In this document: piece after piece, positions 42,043-51,030 of the stretch
How positions within the stretch are numbered: position 1 is the stretch's first letter
How the letters are laid out: every line of letters starts with the position of its first letter
Assembly (NCBI RefSeq): GCF_022539665.2
Contig: NC_081333.1
Span: 2,046,001-2,110,000 of the forward strand
DNA: 64,000 bases
From: Daphnia carinata
Lineage: Eukaryota
Direction: 5' to 3'
Translations under genes and position numbers: made by a program
The notes under the pieces: model-generated
The model's database searches: none
What the model was told of the DNA's origin: nothing
What the model saw: the letters and a program-made list of their open reading frames with translations, nothing else

Positions 42043-43769
42043 ACGGTTTCACTGGCGCCCAAGTCGGAAAATTGCCTTGTCTGGAAATTTCGCAAAGTGT
42101 GACGGCTTTTGGCAGAACTATGATTGGAAAACAAGAGAGGATGTGGAGTCTAAATTTTGCGTCGAGAATGGCTATGCCCATGACGCCAAAGTAATGTCCC
42201 TGGATTGTGAATAATTATTTGCAGAAGTACTGACTAATGGATTTTCTTTTAATTTAATATCACGTCAGGTAATCTATGGTAACACAGATTCCGCAATGGT
42301 GAAATTCGGTGTACCCACGGTGGCCGAAGCCATGGAATAAGGCCGAGAAGCTGCCGCATTTGTGTCGGCAAAATTTGTCAAACCCATTAATTTGGAATTG
42401 GGAAAAGTCTATTACCCCTATTTATTGATCAACAGAAAGAGGTAATTACGGTTCTGATTTACAGAGACTTGTTAGATGAGATACCAGTTGTACTGACTGT
42501 TACTGTCTTCACAGGTATGCAGGATTGTATTGGACCAAAGCTGAAAAGTTTGACAAAATGGATTGTAAGGGTATAGAAACCGTTCGTCGTGATAATTGTC
42601 AACTCGTTGCCAATCTTATCAATAGCTGTCTGCAGAAAATTTTGATGGAGCGGTAAACAAAAAGTCATCAATTTCAGTATTCGAAGTTTGAGGGTTTGAT
42701 ATTTTCTTTTAGAGACCCGGATGGAGCCTTGGAATACGCCAAACAAACAATTTCCGACTTGCTGTGCAACAAAATCGATATCTCACTTCTGGTGATTACC
42801 AAGGTAGAGCGTTACTATGTTTTCGAATACTGTGATTTCATCCGTTTGCCTTCTTTATAAAAAAAGGAACTGACTAAAACAGATAAAGACTACGCCAGCA
42901 AACAGGCACGTGTGGAACTAGCTCACAAGATGCGTAAGCGAGATGCTGGTACAACCCCAAAGTTAGGGGATCGAATTCCGTATATCATTCTCGCAGCTGC
43001 TAAAAATACACCAGCCTACCTCAAGGTTCGTCTTTGGATTTCAAATTTCTCATGAACTATTAAGTTTTCATACGTCTTCTTTAGGCGGAAGACCCGATTT
43101 TTGTCCTGGAACACAGCGTACCCTATTGATGCCCAATACTATTTGGAAAAGCTTTCAAAACCCCTTGCTTGGATTTTTGAACCCATACTTGGATCTAAAG
43201 CGAAATCATTGTTGCTACGTAAACACGGACTCATCGCATTTATCTGCTTGGCATAATTTAACCGTTTGTATTCCGTATTGTAGATGGTTACCATACCCGG
43301 ACGCCTTCAGTTGTTACTTCAACAATTGGTGGATTGGCTAGCTTTACCACCAAAGTAGTCCAAAGTTTGTGTTGGATGCAAAACCGTCCTTCCAGACGAT
43401 AGTGCTGTATGCAAGTAAGTCTAATTTCTGCCTAACTCGGCGATGTTTGTTAAAATTACTGTTCCAATTAAACAGATTTTGCATGCCGAAAGAATCGGAG
43501 TTCTACCAGAAGAAAATTGGCCAACTTTATGCTATCGAAGAGAAGTTTAATCGTTTATGGACAGAATTTCAACGGTGCCGGGGAAATCTCAACGAAGAGA
43601 TTCTTTGTTCCAAGTAAATAGTTTGAGTGATATCATAATCATGTTACATACTTCATACTAATCATTTGTCACAATTAGCCGAGATTGCCCCATCTTTTAT
43701 ATGAGGACAAAAGTTAGAAAAGATCTCACGGAACAGGATAAACTTATGAAAAGATTCGGCCTACCCTGA
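42039..43769 (+). pseudogene. POLD1: DNA polymerase delta catalytic subunit, C-terminal part, inactivated, introns retained
   Basis: [37 protein letters not shown] (YGDTDS Asp>Asn), in-frame TAA at 42338-42340, [75 protein letters not shown], and the C-terminal CysA/CysB region ending [12 protein letters not shown]...RFGLP* at 43769. Frameshifts present. Confidence 0.93.
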
Positions 43770-44057
43770 CAACCTACCGCTCTCGTCAATGATGGTGCAT
43801 ACAGGTAATGGTTTGGCTGCTGTAAAATAGATTGAAAACAATAAATTACACGACTCCTTGTTCAGTAAGTTCCCCATAACCAAAAGATTTTAATAAAAAT
43901 TGTGTATAGCATCGTAAGAGTCTCGGAGGGAGTAGGCGGTAAAATGCGTGATCTCATGTAATTCCGTATTTTGAAAAACGAATGTTGATGGCATTAGTAA
44001 GTAGATGTAATAATAACGCACAATTAAAGTCGTATTTGTCAAACAAAATATTTGCTT

Positions 44058-47000
44058 TAGTCTCGTAGAGGGCTAGTCGCTAGGTGGCCCATGTGCTTTG
44101 CTGAGCTGCTGATGGCAACATTTAACATGTCGTCGTAGCGGCTGGTTATATCACGGCAGCCGAACGTGGCAGACCTTCCTTTTTGTAGGCGAAATTCAAG
44201 GGAGGAACTGCAAATGCTCGGCGCCATCTTGTACGAACGATGTGGTCTGGCGAACACCTTGCTAAGGTGACCATGCATTACCTTCGAGAGTATTTAAGGT
44301 ATACCATTTACTTGCTTTGTAAAAGCTAGGTTTTTAACTTGTGCATCATAACGATTTTGAATTGGGTAAGTTGTAAGTCGGTAGATTTGGTCCGCAGTTT
44401 CCCGGATACCAGCATCCTGCTTCGCGAGAACTACTCTACGTTGTTCTGGGAGGGCTTAGACGAACATCTGAATCCGATTTTGAAGAAGTCTTGCATCGAT
44501 GGACACTGACGAAATATAGGTGAAATAGCTAATTTGTTTTATTAGCAAGGTTCATTTGTGTTCCAACTCATTTTATTTTTCAGGAAGCTCCACATGAATG
44601 TTGGGTATTTTGTCATAAGTAGAATACAGAAAGATTCTGTAGTAGTAGATCTCTTTAGTTGGGTACTGAAATCGGTTGTGGTATGTCTGGGGTTCGATGG
44701 GGTCTCAGTTGCATTTGATCCTACTTGTTATTTACCACTGCCAATGCCAGTCGAAAAGGAAGTACCAGTTGACCTGTATCTGGCTTACATGGATCTTTTA
44801 GCAGAAAGTTTTCTGCTTTCAAGGGATTTGAAGAGTTTGCAAAATATTATGTCTCTAGGATTCCACAGTTTTACGTAATTCAATTGACAAGAAATTTATA
44901 CTAATTCTTGTTTTATTTTTCTAAAGGCAGATTCGTAATTATAAAGAATTGTGAAAGAAAATTGACGGAGGCTCAGTGCCAAAAAAATTATGGTAGTTGG
45001 AATGATTACCGAAGTTCTTCGGATTCGTTTATTTCACGCGTTATGGTATTTAAAGAAAATAAACGTGTACCTGGACCCCTTTGTATCTGTGACCCGATTT
45101 CCTCTTCACTTGTGATAATTCTGCAGCGGGTCATGCAGATACTGTGATCAGCATACAGAGAAGATTAAAAGTGCGCTGCCCGGAAAGCAAAATTGGGGTA
45201 AAAGAAAAAAACTTATTCCAACTAGTAAGCCATTTCCAAATTCAACCAACAAAAAGGTACACAGTGAGATTTGCTTAACAATTATGTTTCTTTAATTGAT
45301 TTTAAAATTAGGAAAAGGTGGAAGGAAAAACTTCGTTCTCAGGTAGTTTTTTTAGTTAAAGGACTTTTTGTGCAAATTCATTTTTGAAATTGTTTACTTC
45401 ATTTTCGAATGGTTCCGTTCACATTTGTTGTTCATGTGAGATGTTATATTTACCAGTTACTGCATTATATTTACCACTATTGCAAGATGTTTGTTTAGGA
45501 ATTACTACTGTTTTGTTTATCTGGTATGTAGTGTGGGAGTCCATCTGGAATTGCTGGTCTGCAGTAAATTTGTCAGGTATATGTTAACTTTCATCAGCAA
45601 AATGTTCTGCACTAATTGTGTTTGGTTTTCTTGGTATAGGTTAGGTGATGAAGATCAATGAATCAGAAAATGTTTTGCATGGGTGGTGAATGTTCTGACA
45701 GTTTTAACAGTTGTGATGTGGTGTATTTCACTTCCACGCATCATGGTATTTTTATCTATCAGTTGAATTGTAAGGTTAATTTTCTGTTCGTGTAACCTCA
45801 TTTCCTCTTGACTCATCTAGTAGAAGTTGGTGACCTGATACAATGAACATGGAAAAATCACCTGCGCCCACGTTGACGATGATACTTGTACCGAAGTGCT
45901 GGAAACTAAAATTAATTTTTTTTACAATCTGGTTTCAGGCTTTCTTTATAATTTTTTCAATAGTTTTGCGTTTATTGATGAGTCCGCAGGCTCTTAGCTT
46001 ATTTCCTCCTTTAGATACCGCCTGTCGACGATTTGACAGCCTCACACAATTAAAGAACGTATGCCAAAAAGCAATTGATTCAATCTAATGTATGCAATGT
46101 ATACTAATTACACCATTCAAAACAATATTCCAGGCCAAAGTGAGCTCCTCCGAGCAGAAAAGTGACGGCGTATCCATTTAATTGAAAATCGGCACAAGAT
46201 AACGCACAATTGGTGTCCTTGTCTCAATGGAGAAATTTTGCCGTGGAACTTATAACCGAAATACCATTGCAGCTGTTCAAAAAAAGAAGTGTATTATCAT
46301 ACAGATGTTGACTACCTAACAATCCAGAGATACGTCAACTTGCGAAATTTATAGATGTGTGTGAAGCGCAATCAGCATCCTTGTTGAACTGTGAACCCAA
46401 ATCATGTATTTTCCTAGAAATATCTGGGTTCTGGATAAATAAATAAAAGACAGTGAAAAAATCGGGCTCAAAATCATGTTAAATGGCTATATTTTAAAAA
46501 TGCCGTTCGTGGTTTTGGTCGCTGTATTTGTTATAATAAAATTGAAATGGTAGTAGCCAATATGGGGGTGGGTGGGCGGTTGTGATTCACGCTCCAAAAG
46601 TATGTTTAAAGAGTTCACATCAGTGCAGTTCCCGTCTCAAAAAGCAAGATTTTCAACTTTGATGAATTTTTCGGTTGTTAATTGGAAAACAAGATGACGC
46701 TGCTGTGCCACTATTTACTTGCTGAGTATGTGGGAGCGGTGAAAGCTGTGTTCGAAAGTTTCTGTTAAATATGTCATATTCCAATGGAAAACTTAAGAAA
46801 ATCTAATGGTGCTTCTGTACGTTTTCATCCCTGAGTGTGTTTTAGAAGTGAAGCCCACAGAATGCTTGGTGTTTATGGTACATGTCTTGTAATCACCTGT
46901 GTCAGCTGTCAAACCAGAAAACTATTAGCACCCTGCTATGTTGCATTCATCAAACTATACCAGTGCTCATTGAGAGGTATAAGACTAATGTTTTGTTATC

Positions 47001-47440
47001 AGAATCTCATTGACGGATTTTGCTTTTAAGGTTTAGCTCATGAAACTTTATTTGTAAAGAATACTTCCCGTTGAGGAATGTCACCAAAGATGCAAATCCT
47101 ATGGGTAGGAATTCCGTAATATTGTTCTTCTACTCTTTAACCACTCATGGTCCCCTGTCAATCGTGATCTGAGTGGTGCACCATATTCATCTTCGTTGCA
47201 GTGTCAACTGTAATGACAGTCATTTTCGCAGTTGTAATCTCTACTTAGCCTACCAACGGACACAGACATGTACCTCAACACAATTTCTGCTGGTATTTTG
47301 AATTTTTCTTATGCCTCATATAATTTGCTTTTTTATTTCAATTGAACATTCAACCATAGAATTGCCAACTCTTAGCTGTCTGCTGCCTATTTGCTGGCCC
47401 TACAGTCTTTCTAGCCATCGGACAGCAGAAGTAAGTCAAA
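44058..47440. mobile_element. Decayed spliced coding remnants, possibly DNA-transposon derived (KDZ/Zisupton-like?)
   Basis: Short exon-like blocks with AG/GT borders and many stops. Fragments ARRHLVRTMWSGEHLAKVTM (BEN-like?), TCDN..CRYCDQH, DTAC, HLIENRHKITHNWCPC and DVCEAQ loosely follow the Cys-cluster / D..C / H..H..C / CEQ order of KDZ transposases. No intact ORF. Confidence 0.25.
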
Positions 47441-47525
47441 TTGCTTTCAACATTTGGTTACAACAACTATCTTATATTTCCCACTAACCAGTTCTTTTTC
47501 TTTACTTTTACGATTTAGAACAAAG

Positions 47526-47772
47526 CCTTCTTCGTCTTCGCCACGCCCGTCGTCCCGTCTTCGCATCGCCCGTCGCCCCGTCTTCGCCTCGCCCGTCGCC
47601 CCGCCCCTTCTTCGCCTCGTGGTCGCGCCGTCTTCACCTCGTCCGTCGCCCCTTCTTCGCCTCGCCCGTCGTCCCGTCTCCGCCTCGCCCATCGCCCCGT
47701 CTTCGCCTCGTGGCCACGTCGTCTTCGCCTCCCCTATCGCCCCTTCGTCACCTCGTGGTCGCCTCGTCTTCG
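47526..47772 (+). repeat. GC-rich pyrimidine-biased minisatellite
   Basis: Imperfect tandem units resembling CGTCTTCGCCTCGCCCGTCGCCC. This repeat explains the spurious ORFs 47447-47899 and 47454-47870. Confidence 0.85.
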
Positions 47773-47820
47773 TGGTATGGTTGTGTTTTATTTTATGTTG
47801 TATTATGTCTTGCAAATTAA

Positions 47821-48129
47821 CCCGTTGGCTGCCACCCTCCCGCTTTGATCCCCTTTTTTTTGTAGCTTGACAGGGACGGGCCGCGCTGTTCTGCTCCATG
47901 GTCTATCTGCCATGGGGTGGAGCAGCGCCACTGCCCAAGATTGGCCGAATGGCCCCAAAGGCAATGCACCACAGGGAATCCCTTGATCGAGACGGCGATG
48001 TAGACCTGGGATGTGCATTTCCGTAAAGGTCTCATCGCCGTCTCAGCCCGGCCCACGCGGCCCCCTTGGTCGCTATCCCTTTGATAGCGACAGTAGCAAT
48101 TGTAGATAAGTGGCGTGGCAGCCAACGGG
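47821..48129. other. 309-bp hairpin-rich unit bounded by perfect terminal inverted repeats (piggyBac-like MITE or structured RNA)
   Basis: TAACCCGTTGGCTGCCAC (47818-47835) is the exact reverse complement of GTGGCAGCCAACGGGTTA (48115-48132). Flanks read TTAA|CCC...GGG|TTAG, and there are several internal stems. Confidence 0.6.
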
Positions 48130-48267
48130 TTAGTTTTAAGTGTATTTGTGTATGTGTTGTATGTTGTGTACTATATTTTGAAATGAATGTAAAAGTGGTG
48201 GATATGTGGGTGGAAGGAGGGACAATAAAAACGATTTTATACTATTTACGTTTTGTATTTATTATTT

Positions 48268-48350
48268 AGCTATACGTTAGCTGATATGGGGATCGAACCC
48301 TAGTACTCTAGCGTGACAACCACACGCTTTACCATTATTCCAACCATGAA
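48268..48350 (-). pseudogene. Degenerate tRNA-derived unit (Asp-GTC-like anticodon loop)
   Basis: Minus strand TGGAATAATGG (A-box-like)...TGTCACGC...GGGTTCGATCCCC (B box), then CATATCAGCTAACGTATAGC. The acceptor stem is not intact. Confidence 0.5.
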
Positions 48351-48439
48351 CTTATGAACAACTAACGTGCATTCAATAATAAGCTAATGTGAATTGCATA
48401 TCTATATAGGTATCACAATCCTAAACAATATTAACAAGA

Positions 48440-48520
48440 GCAGCTATGGCATAACAGTAGTATGCTGGCCTGCGACGCAAGAAGTCTGTGGTTCGACACC
48501 CATATGAATTAATGTATAGC
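48440..48520 (+). pseudogene. Degenerate tRNA-derived unit (Gly-GCC-like)
   Basis: GTAGTATGCTGGCCTGCGACGC matches GTAGAATGCTCGCCTGCCACGC of the tRNA-Gly at 39114 at 19/22 positions. B box GGTTCGACACC; tail CATATGAATTAATGTATAGC. Confidence 0.55.
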
Positions 48521-49079
48521 GGAAATTAAAAAAAAAAGTTGATAAACGTAATGTGTGAACACAGCTAACACAGAAAATGAAAGAAACAAATTTTGCAAAA
48601 AATATTTTATAAAAAAAATTTTATTGACAATTCTCTGCACATTACAATTATTTTTGCAACTTTAAAAAGGCACAATAGCCCTTTCAAAAGTTGCCGTCAA
48701 CCCAGGCAGGGGGAGACACTGCCTTGTTGACCCACCGGGGAGATTACCCGGTGATTGGCTAAGAGAAGCCGGAAGAAGAGCTGAAGATTTGGAACATTTT
48801 TACAGGAGCGATTAACCTTTAGTTCGGATTTGTGGGCAGCCACGTCACCCTCCGTGAACACATCATCGGACGAAGCGGCACCCCACGTCCCCTTTCCGGC
48901 CAGAGCCCTCCAAACCTCGGTATATGTTGTTTTTATATATACCGTACAGTAGGGGCATGACCCCCTACGGGCTTATTACGAGTCAAGGGGAAACGGGGCT
49001 ACGGAAAGGAAGGGAGCCCAGATATGCACTTCAATTTTTTTAATATAAAATACCGTCTCGGGAATCCGAATGAAGTATA

Positions 49080-50500
49080 GAAATATCATGTCATCCATCC
49101 AATCATTACAATTTATTCAGTGTCTTGCCCCAACCAAGAATTTTTTCAGATCCAATGTTACTATTAACCTACACTGAGAAAAGAAAAACAACACCATTAA
49201 GCATCTCAATTGTTGCTCATGGGACTTACATGTCTTATAGATTCAACTTCTGGCAGAAGCTTGGGAAAGGCCATCCAAATTGCAGATGAAAATCATTGTA
49301 TAAGGCTCTTGAATGATAAAATAGCACCCCTAGAATGTTGCATTGTTGATAGTTGTGTTCCCAGTATGCTGAAAATCCTTTCCTATTGGATAAATTTTTT
49401 TTTTTAGATTAGACATGGTTGGCAAAAAGCTGGAGAAATGCTTTGTCATAAATTCAAAATTATTTGAAGAAAAATCCTTTCATACCTAAAGAGTCCATGT
49501 ATGATGTTCATCTCTGCAATGGCAGCAAAATTAAAACATCTTTAGGGCCATTTAAGTACCCAGTTTCCCCAACACTCTGAACGTAAAGGACAAGTTGTTC
49601 TTTAGACAGAGAAGCAGAATTATTTGAGGCTTCTAGCTGTGACAGAACTATAAAGGATTGCTGTTACACAGGATTCATTCACACAAGATGGTACTACTCA
49701 TTAGACAATTTGCATACTCTATTACTTTACCTCATACCTTAATGGTAATGCACTTTCAGTGTTTTTCAACTGTAGGCTCACTCTTCCATCCTGTAACACT
49801 TCCAGACTTGACTTGATCCCCCACTAAAATTCTGTGAATGCAAAATAATAGCATTAAAAATACTTTTTCGATAGACAAAAAACCGAAAAGTACCCAATTC
49901 ATGTTTTATGTTGAACTCGTGCTATTTCTGGGTTTCCGTACCACACCCATTTTCAGCCCAAATACGGTCCCACAATTGTTCACTTCCTTTGCTGCATGGA
50001 CTTATTACTAACAATTCTTTTAGTGCAGCACTAACAGAATTTAACTTTAACACACTGTCAGGTGGTAGACTGAATAAGTAAACAATAAATAATTGTTTGT
50101 TAAAATTCTATACTTATTTTGAATTCTTATTTGAAAAGTTTAGTTACCTGACTGTGTTCGCCTAATGCCAATTCATCCTCATGTTCAGTTAGGGATGAGT
50201 TTGGAAAAACCTCCTTCACTGTTTGGAAACTGTTCCATTCCAATTTGTTCTTTTCTCCTAGCTGAGCTTGTAGACTCAAAATTTGAGCTACAAAACACAA
50301 ATGAATAAAAGCAAATAAATAGAATCATTACGTATTAGGCCTTACCATCCTTAGCTTTGCTGTTATCTAATATTTTGTGTTGTTCCAATAATTGGGCCTG
50401 CAGCTTCATAATTTGATCTAATAAACAATAATTAATAATTGAAAACCAATATAATAATGTTTATACTTACCATCCTTTTGTTGTATTATCTTATCCATTT
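49080..50500 (-). pseudogene. Decayed multi-exon coding remnant with coiled-coil-like N-terminus (unknown, possibly transposon)
   Basis: Minus-strand exon-like blocks with GT donors (MDKIIQQKD / DQIMKLQAQLLEQHKILDNSKAKD / AQILSLQAQLGEKEQIEW...), followed by stop-riddled Cys-containing blocks. Confidence 0.35.
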
Positions 50501-50699
50501 TTCAATTGTTCCTCCAGCCACGCGTTATTCTCCATCCACGCATTATTCTCCATCCACGCTACTGAACTAACTGCGAATGGCATCCAATGGACTGAAATTG
50601 CCTACGCCAGTAATAACGAGTCTGAGCGGTAGATGGCTACGTGTCGGAAAAAAAGAAAAAAAAGCGATTTTTTTTTCCGACATTTTTTGTTTTGTAAAA

Positions 50700-51030
50700 C
50701 GGATTGCCATACCTTCCTACTTTTTCATTTTTGCCAAAAATCTAGAAATAATTCTAAATATAGTTGATTTAGAATTAAATGTGGATCACGAAAATCAACG
50801 TTGTTTTTATGTACGACCTATAGTTTTTGAGTTATTCTAAGTTTAAAGTGATTCCCTTTAACCATTTTGATTCCATTTTATCCAAAAAACGCGATCACGG
50901 AATCAGTGATTAAAGTACATTAGGTTTCATCGAATTTTAAGTCAGAATTATAAGTTCATAGTTTTTAAATAAAAAGTCGGGCTTTATTAAAACGTCGGGC
51001 TTAAAAATTTTATTTTTTATTATGGGGAGT
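50700..51030 (+). repeat. GTCGGGCTTA-motif repeat family copy (right flank of accessory block)
   Basis: AAAAAGTCGGGCTTTATT (50971-50988) and GTCGGGCTTA (50994-51003). The interior resembles 39950-40070 directly and 5830-5950 in inverted orientation. Confidence 0.55.

Noticed and set aside
42039..43769. Family B polymerase considered as a Polinton/viral polymerase
   Set aside because: Motifs and the CysA/CysB tail are those of cellular Pol delta, with spliceosomal introns; no integrase, capsid or ATPase nearby.
47526..47772. Repeat array considered as CRISPR-like
   Set aside because: Units are contiguous and degenerate with no unique spacers; eukaryotic context with no cas genes.
47447..47899. 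Arg/Gly-rich (minus) and Pro/Ser-rich (plus) ORFs of 150 and 138 aa
   Set aside because: Open only because the GC-rich minisatellite lacks stop codons.
48781..48830. CTGAAGA resembling a hammerhead ribozyme core
   Set aside because: No stem II followed by GAAA, and no matching stems I and III.
48880..49005. GTCCCC ... AAACGGGGCTA resembling RNase MRP P4 strands
   Set aside because: The conserved GARAG preceding GTCCCC is absent and the spacing does not fit.
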